Below are positions 1 through 9,606 of a stretch of DNA of 64,000 nucleotides, piece after piece; the first letter of the stretch is position 1; each line of letters opens with the position of its first letter. A model generated the notes under the pieces. The model searched no databases, was not told the origin of the DNA, and worked only from the letters and a program-made list of their open reading frames with translations. The stretch is from Enterobacter phage fGh-Ecl02. A program made the position numbers and the translations under genes. The DNA is taken from the sequence record ON212266.1; one strand, given 5' to 3'.

Positions 1-1
1 C

Positions 2-79
2 TGTGCGATGGAACCAGATTGGGAAGCCCTCAAACAAAGATTAGAAGAACGGGAGAAAAAGAACAATGGCGATTGCTAA
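2..79 (+). CDS. 3' end of an upstream gene, partial, running off the window start
   Basis: Open frame from the window edge ending at TAA 77-79; overlaps the gp47 start in the typical T4 manner; C-terminus ...EALKQRLEEREKKNNGDC. Confidence 0.3.
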   Translation, partial: CAMEPDWEALKQRLEEREKKNNGDC

Positions 80-1181
80 AATTGGCGATCTGCATATCGG
101 GAGCCGTAATGGTTCTCGATACGTTCGCGACTTCATCAAGAACTATCTCATCAATTATTTCATTCCTGAACTTGCCGACTCTGATATCAAAGAGGTCTGG
201 CAGTTCGGTGATATGTTTGATGTCCGCAAATTCATGTACGGTCGTGACAAAGACTGGCTGAAGGATGAACTCACTCCTGCGCTGAAAGCCGCTGGTATCA
301 AGTGGAACGGCATCGTGGGCAACCATGACATCACCCTGGAAGAGTCCAACCGCATCAACTGGCCGTCCTATCTGAATGAACTCGATCCTGATGTCTACTG
401 CTATTACAGCGAGCCGACCGAGGTGATGATCGAGGGTGTCAAGACTCTGTTGTTGCCTTGGATCAACAAGGAGAACTATGATGCGTCTATTAAAGCGATA
501 CAAGATACAGACGCCGAGTACTGTTTTGCGCATCTGGAGCTGGCGGGGTTCAAAATGTACCAGTCTTCTACTTGTGATCACGGTCAGATAGACGTTGCGC
601 TGCTTTCCAAGTTTACCAGGGTCGACACGGGCCATTTCCATACCCGTTCGATGGAAGGTAACATTCAATATATTGGGACTCCGTATCACCTGAACTGGGA
701 AGACTACAAAGACGGCACCAATCGTGGCTTCTATGTGGACGACATGCGCGGCGGTGAGGTCTTTATCCCGAACGCCGAGAATCAGACGCTGTTCCGCTAT
801 GTGGAATATGATTACACCAAGTTGTCCTCCGATGAAGAAGGCAATTGGATAGACCCGGAATGGTTGAACACAGGCTTGGGTATTGAAGGGCAAATCGTTA
901 AGGTTATTGTACAGAACCGCGACAATGCTAAGCATTATGAAAAGTTCTGTGATGCCATGAAGCGCTGCAAGTGCATTGACTACAACTTCATCGACCGGAC
1001 GATTACTGTTGCTGCCGAGAAGGTTGAGGTCACCGAAGAGATGGTGGCAACCGATGCGGTGGAAGTCCTAAAGAAGGATATCCGCGCCGGGAACAACATC
1101 CAGCGCCCTGAAAACGTCTGCAAGCTGGCAGAGCACTTCTACAACGCTGCCCAACAACGCCTGAATACACTGGATGCATAA
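66..1181 (+). CDS. 47: Recombination endonuclease subunit gp47 (Mre11/SbcD-like metallophosphoesterase)
   Basis: N-terminal IGDLHIG phosphoesterase motif, GNHD, 371 aa; GGAG RBS; immediately followed by the Rad50-like gene. Confidence 0.85.
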   Translation: MAIAKIGDLHIGSRNGSRYVRDFIKNYLINYFIPELADSDIKEVWQFGDMFDVRKFMYGRDKDWLKDELTPALKAAGIKWNGIVGNHDITLEESNRINWPSYLNELDPDVYCYYSEPTEVMIEGVKTLLLPWINKENYDASIKAIQDTDAEYCFAHLELAGFKMYQSSTCDHGQIDVALLSKFTRVDTGHFHTRSMEGNIQYIGTPYHLNWEDYKDGTNRGFYVDDMRGGEVFIPNAENQTLFRYVEYDYTKLSSDEEGNWIDPEWLNTGLGIEGQIVKVIVQNRDNAKHYEKFCDAMKRCKCIDYNFIDRTITVAAEKVEVTEEMVATDAVEVLKKDIRAGNNIQRPENVCKLAEHFYNAAQQRLNTLDA

Positions 1182-3519
1182 CATGACTCAAAGTACAGAT
1201 ATCCTGGCCAAATTTGGCAATCTTTTGAAGGAAGCTGACGCCCCGGTAGAGGTGGAAGTCCCATTTGAAGTGCGTGATAACGTTACGCACAAACTAACTT
1301 TCCGCAAAGGCCGCGCTAAAAACTTCCGTTCCATCGGCAATCAGTTCATGGAGATTGATTATCAGCGCAACCCAGCCACCCTTGTCACGTCTGATGACAA
1401 CGGCGCGGGTAAATCCACGATGTTGGTATGGCTGCTGTTCTTCGTACTGTACAACACCACGTACAGTAAGAAGGAGAAGAAGGCAGGCCTGGTTAACTCA
1501 CAAAGCCGCAAGGAATGTGTGGGTGAGGTAGAGTTTGCCTGTCGTGGTAGTGAATGGAAAGTTCGCCGGGGCATCAAGCCCGACTTTGTTGAAGTCTACC
1601 AGATGGTAGACGGTAAGTGGTTGCAGATAGATAACGAAGCAGCCAAGGCCGACATGAACAAGTACATCGTGAACCTCATCGGTGTAGACCAGAAGATGTT
1701 TGAGAACTCTCTGGTGCTGGGTAAAGAGAAGTTCATTCCGTTTACGGAGATGTACACTGCCGACCGTCGCGCCATGGTGGAGACAATTTGGGACTTGGGC
1801 TTCTTCAGCCTGATGAACGAAGATGTCAAGGCCGCCATCAAAAAGGCAAATGCAACTCTGGACTCCATATCTAACGAATGCGCACTGAAGGTTATTGACC
1901 ACACCAACAAGAAGACGCAGCTTCAGCAGATCGAACAATCCAACGCCCTGATCCAACAGCAGTCGGCCGATATCCTTGTACAGCAACAGGAAGCCCTGAA
2001 TTCCCTAGATGCTGACATCGCTTCCCAGAACGAAGAGCGCACCCGCCTCACTGCGGTTGAGTTCGAAGCCACCCAGGAAATGAAGACGGTGGAAAGCCGC
2101 CTGCATGATGAATCAATGGTGGAGATCGAGGCTATCAAGAAAGACTTTGATGCCAAGATCCAGGCGGTGAAGAATGCCGCTCAGGAAAAGGCCGATGATT
2201 ATGAGCGTATCGAAGTGTCTATTGCGGAGCATGATCTTCAGGTCTTGCGTGACCGTGCCTTTACAGTGGCCGAAAGCAAGAACACTCTGATCACCGAGCG
2301 CAACACAAACCTGGACGCCCTGAACGCTGCTATCCAGCGCCGCCAGCAGGGTGAGAACTTCCGCATCAAGTTCCAGACCGAAATGGATGGACATCAGTCG
2401 GCCATCAAGCGCTTCCACGACATGGGGACTTGTCCAACATGCACCCAACTGGTGTCCGACGATACCAAGGCACGTATTGAAAGCGAGTACAATCCTCAGA
2501 TTCAGGAACTGCAATCGAAGTTAGATCAACTGGACAAAGTTACCGCCGATATCAATGTCCTGATCGATGATCACAAGGCTCAGGACGATAAGTTGGTTGC
2601 TGACATTGCTGTGTTGGATGCTGAATTGGATGCAATGCGCAAGCAGGCCGACGAAATCGTTGACAACATCAAGCAGCTGCGCCGTGATATTCAGGGGTTC
2701 CATGACGCCGCCACGATTGAATGCAACTCCCTGAACCGTGAATGCCAACAGAAGATCCTTGACATCCGCAAGGCGCTGAATGTTCGTTTTGAAGATATCA
2801 CTGCGTCGCTGCAACAGACGCGAGAGAATGCCGTCAGCGGGATTAAAGCCGTCGATGATAAGATCGCCGAGCTGAAAGCTCGTCGTGCTCCTCTCGTGGC
2901 GTCTATTGCCGATCTGGAGCGCAAACTGGCTGTACAACCAACACCCACCACCGACCTAGAGAACTCTATCACTGTGTTGGAGGGTGAACTAGAGGATCTA
3001 TACCAGCGCCGCGAGGATGCCGACCAGGAACTCCAGGACTTACAGCACCTGCTGTTCTTCTTGAAAGATGACCAGACCAAGGCGCGTATCATCGCCCTGT
3101 ATCTGCCATTCCTCAATAGCAAGATCAACGAGTATCTTGAAGCCCTCAACATGTTCTTGGACATCGTTGTTGACGATACCTTTGAGATCACCATGAGCGC
3201 AGCAGGTCGCAAAGGACAGAGTATATTCTCCCTGTCTACTGGCCAGCGCAGTCGTCTGAACCTGGCGGTGACATTAGCTCTGCGCGATGTAGCTAACCTC
3301 AAGGCGTCTGTACAATGTAACCTGTTCGTTCTGGACGAGATCCTTGAGAACATGAGCGAGCGCGGGGTGCAGGAATCGGTTGAGATGTTGAAGCATAAGT
3401 TCGGCGGGAACAACCTGTTTGTTATTAGCCAGCGCGAACAGGAGTTCCAAGAATACTTCCAACACAACATTCGCTACGGCCTGCGAAACGGCCTGACTGA
3501 AGTTATCAAGAAGGATTGA
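1174..3519 (+). CDS. 46: Recombination endonuclease subunit gp46 (Rad50/SbcC-like ATPase)
   Basis: Walker A NGAGKST, long coiled coil, zinc hook GTCPTC, C-terminal signature/Walker B (LFVLDEILE); 781 aa. Confidence 0.85.
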   Translation: MHNMTQSTDILAKFGNLLKEADAPVEVEVPFEVRDNVTHKLTFRKGRAKNFRSIGNQFMEIDYQRNPATLVTSDDNGAGKSTMLVWLLFFVLYNTTYSKKEKKAGLVNSQSRKECVGEVEFACRGSEWKVRRGIKPDFVEVYQMVDGKWLQIDNEAAKADMNKYIVNLIGVDQKMFENSLVLGKEKFIPFTEMYTADRRAMVETIWDLGFFSLMNEDVKAAIKKANATLDSISNECALKVIDHTNKKTQLQQIEQSNALIQQQSADILVQQQEALNSLDADIASQNEERTRLTAVEFEATQEMKTVESRLHDESMVEIEAIKKDFDAKIQAVKNAAQEKADDYERIEVSIAEHDLQVLRDRAFTVAESKNTLITERNTNLDALNAAIQRRQQGENFRIKFQTEMDGHQSAIKRFHDMGTCPTCTQLVSDDTKARIESEYNPQIQELQSKLDQLDKVTADINVLIDDHKAQDDKLVADIAVLDAELDAMRKQADEIVDNIKQLRRDIQGFHDAATIECNSLNRECQQKILDIRKALNVRFEDITASLQQTRENAVSGIKAVDDKIAELKARRAPLVASIADLERKLAVQPTPTTDLENSITVLEGELEDLYQRREDADQELQDLQHLLFFLKDDQTKARIIALYLPFLNSKINEYLEALNMFLDIVVDDTFEITMSAAGRKGQSIFSLSTGQRSRLNLAVTLALRDVANLKASVQCNLFVLDEILENMSERGVQESVEMLKHKFGGNNLFVISQREQEFQEYFQHNIRYGLRNGLTEVIKKD

Positions 3520-3521
3520 TC

Positions 3522-3686
3522 ATGAACTACGAACAAATTAAACTCGCAATACTGATCTTTGCATGCATCATTGACATCGTTGCATTTTCTCGTGAAGTCG
3601 AAAGGAAAAACTACCTGAAATCACTGGGATATCTCGGGTTCTCTGTCTGGTTCTGTTATCTACTTGCAGGTCAAATCCTGAAATGA
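3522..3686 (+). CDS. Small hydrophobic/membrane protein (54 aa), not in the ORF track because it is under 60 aa
   Basis: AAGAAGGA RBS 6 nt upstream of ATG 3522; ATGA stop/start overlap with the next gene at 3683; one predicted TM helix. Confidence 0.45.
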   Translation: MNYEQIKLAILIFACIIDIVAFSREVERKNYLKSLGYLGFSVWFCYLLAGQILK

Positions 3687-4012
3687 AAGTCGTACACTTC
3701 AAGAAGGAGCCATATGACGTCTACATTGGTCGGCCTGGTAAATGGGGGAACCCGTTTGAGGTCAAAGACCATGGACGAGGCGTCTGTATCGAACTGTTTG
3801 AGGACGTCCTGTATGTGCGCCTGATTGAAGGGGATATCACTGAGGATGAACTCCTTGATCTTGACGGGAAGGTATTGGGGTGCTGGTGTAAGCCGCGCCC
3901 CTGCCACGGAGATGTTTACGTCAAAGTCGTCGGGCGTATTAAACTATTCCGCAAGCTGGGTAAATCCTTTACCGAACATCTGAGACAAACGTATGTCAGA
4001 AAACAAAGATGA
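3683..4012 (+). CDS. DUF4326-like protein (motif YDVYIGRPGKWGNPF)
   Basis: N-terminal KxxYDVYIGRxxKWGNPF motif, recalled from memory as characteristic of the DUF4326 family that is often linked to macro domains. Confidence 0.5.
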   Translation: MKVVHFKKEPYDVYIGRPGKWGNPFEVKDHGRGVCIELFEDVLYVRLIEGDITEDELLDLDGKVLGCWCKPRPCHGDVYVKVVGRIKLFRKLGKSFTEHLRQTYVRKQR

Positions 4013-4277
4013 AATTCAGGAATCCTGTGACATTGCTGTGGAGATATGGAATCGCAGGAATCCTCATTACCAAGTAACCGTCACTCCGAATCGTTATCTT
4101 GAGCAGGGCGGCCTGATTGTGGTTGATGCTGTACTCGCTTTCAACAAGTACCAAGATATGCAGATCCTGGACGGCAACTTTACCGTCGCGACCAAGACGG
4201 CATGGGATGACCCTCTACAGTTCGTCTATGGCTGGCTGGAGTGTATCGAGGAATCCTACCACCTCATCTACGAATGA
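3993..4277 (+). CDS. Hypothetical protein
   Basis: 94 aa ORF overlapping the upstream stop by 20 nt; consistent coding strand. Confidence 0.4.
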   Translation: MSENKDEIQESCDIAVEIWNRRNPHYQVTVTPNRYLEQGGLIVVDAVLAFNKYQDMQILDGNFTVATKTAWDDPLQFVYGWLECIEESYHLIYE

Positions 4278-4374
4278 GGCTGAAGGGCACTAAATACCAC
4301 GTGCCCTTTATCTTTTAACCCCTGTCAGGAGGCTCAAGCGAGCTGCAAGTCGACAAAACATAAGGAACGCCATC

Positions 4375-4989
4375 ATGACGATGACAACGTTGAAGGCCAT
4401 GGCCTTGTCCGTGACCTTTACCATTGCCAGCGGGAATGTGCACGCTTCCCAAAGTACCACCCAATGTGATTATAATTTCTCCGAGCAACAACTTAATACG
4501 TTGGCAACCGCCTATCACGTAGGCAAGACACAAGACCTTGGTTACACCCTGGCTGCCATATCCTGGCGAGAGAGCCGCGCTGGTGAAGATGTAGTGTCAA
4601 TGCGATACGATCTCAAGGCGGCCAACATGGGAGCCTTTCAGAACAAGGTGAAGACAGTTGGTGATCGCGAAGGTTGTAAGAATCGCAAGTGCTATGCCAA
4701 TGTCGCCATAAAGTTGCTGACCGACCAAGAATATGCCGCGCAAGCCGCCCTCGATGAGATGCAGTTCTGGCTGACCTATCACAATCAGAATATCCGCAAA
4801 TCCCTCTCCTCTTACAATGCTGGCTTCGCCCGTAATCCCGCATCGAACGCTTATGCTGCCGACGTCGTGAAGAAAGCTAAATATCTTCAGAAATGTGTGT
4901 CTTTCGAAGGCCGGACCATCTCCGAGGTAGATCCTCAGGTGATCGCCATGAACAAGCACACAATAGAGAAACTGAAGAGGACAAGATAA
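4375..4989 (+). CDS. Secreted/periplasmic protein with signal peptide; possible lytic transglycosylase-like motif (ESRAG...GAFQ)
   Basis: AAGGAA RBS; N-terminal signal peptide MTMTTLKAMALSVTFTIASGNVHA; weak resemblance to the SLT E-S...GxxQ motif. Confidence 0.5.
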   Translation: MTMTTLKAMALSVTFTIASGNVHASQSTTQCDYNFSEQQLNTLATAYHVGKTQDLGYTLAAISWRESRAGEDVVSMRYDLKAANMGAFQNKVKTVGDREGCKNRKCYANVAIKLLTDQEYAAQAALDEMQFWLTYHNQNIRKSLSSYNAGFARNPASNAYAADVVKKAKYLQKCVSFEGRTISEVDPQVIAMNKHTIEKLKRTR

Positions 4990-5627
4990 TGAACATCACT
5001 CCATCTCAGGCCGGATATGAACATATCTTGGTCTTCATTGCTCTACAGGGTGCGAAGGAAGGCATCATCGTATCCGAGTACTCAGGCACGGTTCGCCTTG
5101 CCGATTATGTCGCACCAGAGGCATTTATCAAGAAGTGTATTGACGCATGGTGCCTCTATGCCCTCGGCACGTATCCTGCTCCTCCTGATGGCGAGCTGTT
5201 GTTTACTGTGCCGACTCCGGCTGCTGGCGATACGGACGCGATCTTTGCCGATATGCTGGCCAAGGGGTATCTGGTTTATGACATCACCCACGATGTCTAC
5301 TCCTTTACTTCGCTGAACACCGTGTTTGGATTCACCATCACATCTGAAGCCAACATCCCTGACTGGGGTATCTTGGCATGGGGTGTTGACGGCCTGGGTG
5401 CAACCTACGCATCGTCTGACGTCGGTGCAGTTCTGATTGATGAGGGTGTCACCATGGAGCAGTACCTTGCCCAGTTCCCTCAGCACAATATCACAGGCAG
5501 CGACATCATTTTGGTCCAGCCTGGCGCTATCGCTCTCCCCCGTTTGGTGGGTGGATGGAATCCTCGGCTGAAGGATATCATCGCAGGTATTCGATCCCAC
5601 ATTCCGGTTGTGAATCCGACGCCGTAA
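4989..5627 (+). CDS. Hypothetical protein (212 aa)
   Basis: ATG 4989 overlaps the upstream TAA (ATAATG); GAGGA RBS; the ORF-track start at 4893 is probably a false 5' extension. Confidence 0.45.
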   Translation: MNITPSQAGYEHILVFIALQGAKEGIIVSEYSGTVRLADYVAPEAFIKKCIDAWCLYALGTYPAPPDGELLFTVPTPAAGDTDAIFADMLAKGYLVYDITHDVYSFTSLNTVFGFTITSEANIPDWGILAWGVDGLGATYASSDVGAVLIDEGVTMEQYLAQFPQHNITGSDIILVQPGAIALPRLVGGWNPRLKDIIAGIRSHIPVVNPTP

Positions 5628-5640
5628 AAATAATTCAATA

Positions 5641-5663
5641 AAAGGGGCTTTGCCCCTTTACTT
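5641..5663 (+). terminator. Stem-loop terminator AAAGGGGC-TTT-GCCCCTTT
   Basis: Perfect 8 bp GC-rich stem followed by TTTAC. Confidence 0.5.
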
Positions 5664-5733
5664 CTTCAATATCCTTCCCTATACTTCATTCCATAAGCAG
5701 TACGACACCAACTTGAATAGCAGGAACTATATC

Positions 5734-6069
5734 ATGACACAACTCAAGAACTTCACCGCCGATGACATGTTTGCCTTCCAGGGTGCTGAGCACTTTGCTG
5801 ACGGCTCCGTACCTCGCATCTACTACTTCTCCGACGAAGAAATGGAAGATTTCTTCTCCCTGATGGAAAAGGACTACGAACCAGACGACTTCGTTTATAT
5901 CATCCATCACGCTGAAGGACTGACCTTGGGTTGGACGGCCAACAATGAACCAGAAGAAGTAAACTTCCCTGAAGGTATCATGTCAGAGCGCGTCGAATAT
6001 CTACTGGAAGCCCTGGACCCCCACACCCTCCCGCTCTGGGCGATGTCTGTAGCCCAAGTTCAAAAATAA
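5734..6069 (+). CDS. Hypothetical acidic protein (111 aa)
   Basis: Start embedded in the conserved 17-mer GGAACTATATCATGACA; the ORF-track start at 5650 is unlikely. Confidence 0.45.
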   Translation: MTQLKNFTADDMFAFQGAEHFADGSVPRIYYFSDEEMEDFFSLMEKDYEPDDFVYIIHHAEGLTLGWTANNEPEEVNFPEGIMSERVEYLLEALDPHTLPLWAMSVAQVQK

Positions 6070-6144
6070 GATAAGGGGGCTGACGCTCCCTTTTGGTTTC
6101 GCTAATTAGAAGAAACCGCCATTAATTCAATCAGGAGATATAAA

Positions 6145-8886
6145 ATGTCAAAGCTAAGTTTCCTCCAGTTCATGCAGGAAAGAGATCAGTTGGACGAAGC
6201 GTTCAACTCCGCTCCGTATGAGCTGACCATGGGTAAGAAGAACGCAGGCGATGTGTTCTTCACCTTCGTCGACGAAGATGAAAAGGAATACCGCATTCAG
6301 TTCTATACTCCTCAGGGGCTGGGTAAGAGTGTTCGTCAGGTTTTCATCGGCCAGAAGCGCGGCTCCGTCTATCCTGACGCCATCGCTCGCTTCAAGAACC
6401 CAATGCGCGTTATCGCTTCCATGATCGAAGCGACCAAACAATTCATGGCGACTCCTCTGGGCAAGACCATCGATGGCTTTGCTGTCAACTTCTCTAAGAA
6501 AGCGCTGGATCGTGGGATGACCCTGATCCCGAAAATCATCCGCCAATCCGGCCTGAAGCAGAAACTGAATGTCATGGACCTGACCTACGCGCCTGTCCCT
6601 GACCGTGGTTATGTGTGGCTGGTACGCAAGGGTAAAGATCCGGCTCAGGTATTTGACGGTCCGAAGATGCAGGGCATCACCTGGGATGATCCAGATAAGG
6701 TCGGCGACGTTCCGGTTCAGAACAATGCTCCGGATGTGGGTGTGTCATCTTCTGTTGATAATTCCAACGGATGGAAATTAACTTCAAACGGGGATCAGCC
6801 CATGTTGATATGGGCTGGTAAGGAGAGAGGCCGCATGAACACGGCAAATATCGCTCCCCACTACAATGAGCCGGGCGTGTATGTTGGCGCATACATGAAT
6901 GAGAAACCTGTGCGTGGGCAAAGTGCTGATTTCATTACTCGTCAGTTGAAATTACCACAAGTCCCTATCAGTATCCTGAATGATTTCACCGCAGCGTCCA
7001 CAAAATTCTGGAAAGGTTCTCAACAGAAATCTGCGCCTGTTGTACCGGCAGGTTCAGACAGAAATAACCCAGCTAACATTATCGGTTCTGGAACTGCTGT
7101 TATTGATGCCAAACGACTTGGTGCTCGAGAAGTAAACGTGGAACGATTCAAAAACGGTGTTCGCATGCGTTCTCAAAACGGTGACGTCGACATCAGTATT
7201 TCTGACCCAGACTTTTCAAATGCAGCAAGTGCTACTGATGCTGCTACTGCCTCTGTTGTGGTCAAGAACGGGCGTTACGAAGGTGCCATCAATTCAAAGC
7301 GCAAGATTGCCCGCACCTCGAACGAGCAGGGTACTGAATGGGATATCATCGGTGTCAACGGGGAAACCCTTGTCTCTATCAAGTTGAACAAAGTGTCTAA
7401 ATCCGCATCGGATTCGACCGAGAGTGCAACCAGTGTTGATCAATTACGTGACAGCGGTTTCATCGCTCGTGTTCTGGGTATCATTGATACCAACGTTGGG
7501 CTGGACACTTCTATCCTTCCTGGTGAAAACATCCGTCGCGTGGGTGCTGGTCGTTACACGACGGCAGGCGGGTTGGTTATCATTGTCAACTTCACAAACG
7601 TCCTCGCTGGTTTCGTTCAATACTCAGTTTTCAGCGAAATTGCTGAAGAGGAGAACGTGGCCAAAGGTAGCGCCCGTGACGTCGCCAAGGCGGTAATTGC
7701 GTCCATCTTTGAGGTTGCTAAGACCCAGTACACTGGCAAATGGGAAATTAGCGCAGTGCCAACAAGCGCTCCATATCCTATCAAAGCCATTCGCCGTTCT
7801 CGGGGCTGGGGTTATGTGGAAACCGCAAACTGGACTCTGACAGTGTCCGACGCTGTCCTGAACCGCGTGAAGCCAGGGAACACTGCTCTACTGGAACTCA
7901 ACAAAGAGCCTCTGCGCGGCAAGCACCTGCTGGAAATCATCCCAGAGAAGGGCGACAAGACCCTGATGCTGAAAGATCGTAGCGGGACCATCTATGGTTC
8001 TATCGACCTGAATGCCCAGGGTGCTGATCTGGTCAACTCTGGAACCCTGAAGATGCCACGCAACGCCATGGTGTTTGGTGAGACTGTCAACGGTATGTCC
8101 ATCACTTGGTCTGGTGTCAATTTCCCGAAAACTGGGAAGTATGATGGTGCTGTATTGACCACGAATGTGACCTATTACTACGACAAAGGAAAGGTCGCAT
8201 TCACGCCTATGGTATCCAATAAAGGTCGTACCCTGAACAATCCGAAGACATATGAACTTACTTTGAAGAAAGATATTGTTCAGGCCGTGATCGATGAAAT
8301 TTCTTCTAACATGGAAATGATATCTCGGAATATGCAAACTCTGAAAAGCACGTCGTATAATCCGAAACAAGTATTTTTGGACGACATTTCTGTTGACAAC
8401 AACGGTTCAGTCCTTTGGCGCGGGTACGACATGGCGGATCGCCGCACTAATGATTTTATGTTGGGTATCCTATCCAAAGAAACCGAGAGACTGGAGAAAG
8501 AGTCGAGTACTGCGAAGAAGACTGGTGCCGACCTTGCGGCATACGCTGACTCCATCCGCGACAACGCACCAAAAGGCCGCGACCTGGATTGGCAGATCTA
8601 TGCAAGCCGTGATGGTCAGACTCTGAACGTGGACTGGGATATCACCTTCCGCCGCAACACAACTGAAGGGGCATATCGCGAGTTCAAATCTCAGATTGAC
8701 CGCGCCAACCAGTACCTGCAGACTCTGTACCGGGATGCGAAGTCCAAGGGTTACAACCCGACTGAACCAAACCTGATGACTCTGGATAGCGCCCAGCAGT
8801 CTGACCAGTGGGCACGAGACTACGGGGAAGGCGCATACAGCGAGTACGAGCAGTCCCTGGGTGGTAACATGCAGATTAAGATCTGA
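6145..8886 (+). CDS. Large hypothetical protein (913 aa), function unknown
   Basis: Long uninterrupted ORF with GGAG RBS; no recognisable catalytic motifs; not similar to T4 Alt or RIIA by eye. Confidence 0.6.
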   Translation: MSKLSFLQFMQERDQLDEAFNSAPYELTMGKKNAGDVFFTFVDEDEKEYRIQFYTPQGLGKSVRQVFIGQKRGSVYPDAIARFKNPMRVIASMIEATKQFMATPLGKTIDGFAVNFSKKALDRGMTLIPKIIRQSGLKQKLNVMDLTYAPVPDRGYVWLVRKGKDPAQVFDGPKMQGITWDDPDKVGDVPVQNNAPDVGVSSSVDNSNGWKLTSNGDQPMLIWAGKERGRMNTANIAPHYNEPGVYVGAYMNEKPVRGQSADFITRQLKLPQVPISILNDFTAASTKFWKGSQQKSAPVVPAGSDRNNPANIIGSGTAVIDAKRLGAREVNVERFKNGVRMRSQNGDVDISISDPDFSNAASATDAATASVVVKNGRYEGAINSKRKIARTSNEQGTEWDIIGVNGETLVSIKLNKVSKSASDSTESATSVDQLRDSGFIARVLGIIDTNVGLDTSILPGENIRRVGAGRYTTAGGLVIIVNFTNVLAGFVQYSVFSEIAEEENVAKGSARDVAKAVIASIFEVAKTQYTGKWEISAVPTSAPYPIKAIRRSRGWGYVETANWTLTVSDAVLNRVKPGNTALLELNKEPLRGKHLLEIIPEKGDKTLMLKDRSGTIYGSIDLNAQGADLVNSGTLKMPRNAMVFGETVNGMSITWSGVNFPKTGKYDGAVLTTNVTYYYDKGKVAFTPMVSNKGRTLNNPKTYELTLKKDIVQAVIDEISSNMEMISRNMQTLKSTSYNPKQVFLDDISVDNNGSVLWRGYDMADRRTNDFMLGILSKETERLEKESSTAKKTGADLAAYADSIRDNAPKGRDLDWQIYASRDGQTLNVDWDITFRRNTTEGAYREFKSQIDRANQYLQTLYRDAKSKGYNPTEPNLMTLDSAQQSDQWARDYGEGAYSEYEQSLGGNMQIKI

Positions 8887-8892
8887 TCATCG

Positions 8893-8913
8893 AAAGCCCC
8901 TTCGGGGGCTTAT
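8893..8913 (+). terminator. Stem-loop AAGCCCC-TTCG-GGGGCTT
   Basis: 7 bp GC stem with tetraloop directly abutting the late promoter. Confidence 0.45.
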
Positions 8914-8918
8914 AAATA
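8911..8918 (+). promoter_or_regulatory. T4-type late promoter TATAAATA
   Basis: Exact TATAAATA about 25 nt upstream of ATG 8943. Confidence 0.6.
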
Positions 8919-8942
8919 ACTGAAATCCCCGAGGAGATTAAG

Positions 8943-9512
8943 ATGAAACCGTTTATCGAATATTTTAAAGAACAAGCCGCTAAACCTCAGACCCATGCTG
9001 GTGTCCAGGGTAAGACCGTATCCATCACCAAGCAAGCTGACGGCACCCAGTGGTGTTCCGGCGCTACCGTGACCCAGATCACTCCTGACAATCAGGCGGA
9101 TGTCTACAACCTGGAGTTAACCAACGGCAATACCATCAAGGTGAAGCTGACCCCAGACCAGACTCACGGTATCTCCCAAGGTCAGGAAGTCGTTGCTGTC
9201 CATGACGGTTTCGAATTCTTCTTTGGCAAGTCTGCCGACAAAGGCCAGGTGACTGAATCCTATGCTCAGGAACTGGCGAACATGGACAAGATGATCGGTA
9301 AAGCACTGGGTGCTGGCAAGTCTCGCAAGAGTGGTCGTACTGAGTTCGAATACTCTGGCATCCCTGGCATCGGCAAGGCGATCACCGTGAACTTCGGTGG
9401 TGAAGATGATCCGTATGTGATCGTCACCTGCAACGGCAAGGAGCATGATATCAGCAAGGGTAAAAACCTGGCTGCTGACATTGCCAAGTTCCTCGGTGTT
9501 AAGCCTGTCTAG
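8943..9512 (+). CDS. Late protein of unknown function (189 aa), probably virion-associated
   Basis: Exact late promoter upstream; GAGGAG RBS; strong codon bias. Confidence 0.55.
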   Translation: MKPFIEYFKEQAAKPQTHAGVQGKTVSITKQADGTQWCSGATVTQITPDNQADVYNLELTNGNTIKVKLTPDQTHGISQGQEVVAVHDGFEFFFGKSADKGQVTESYAQELANMDKMIGKALGAGKSRKSGRTEFEYSGIPGIGKAITVNFGGEDDPYVIVTCNGKEHDISKGKNLAADIAKFLGVKPV

Positions 9513-9560
9513 GAGGTTGCACTAGACGACGCCAGGGCGAAAGAACTTGGTCTGTAACTG

Positions 9561-9593
9561 GATCCCCCTAAATACAGGGGGATTTCTTTTTCT
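9561..9593 (+). terminator. Rho-independent terminator ATCCCCCT-AAATAC-AGGGGGAT followed by TTCTTTTTCT
   Basis: 8 bp stem plus T-rich tail. Confidence 0.6.
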
Positions 9594-9606
9594 GAGGAAA
9601 CAAATC

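Noticed and set aside
30-935. 301-aa ORF on the - strand antisense to gp47; also other long antisense ORFs such as 2691-3470(-), 37730-38527(-), 42846-43826(+) and 60585-61337(+)
   Set aside because: They are entirely embedded opposite well-supported genes (gp47, gp46, the 397-aa protein, tape measure, Hoc-like). They have no RBS and no recognisable motifs. They are typical spurious shadow ORFs.
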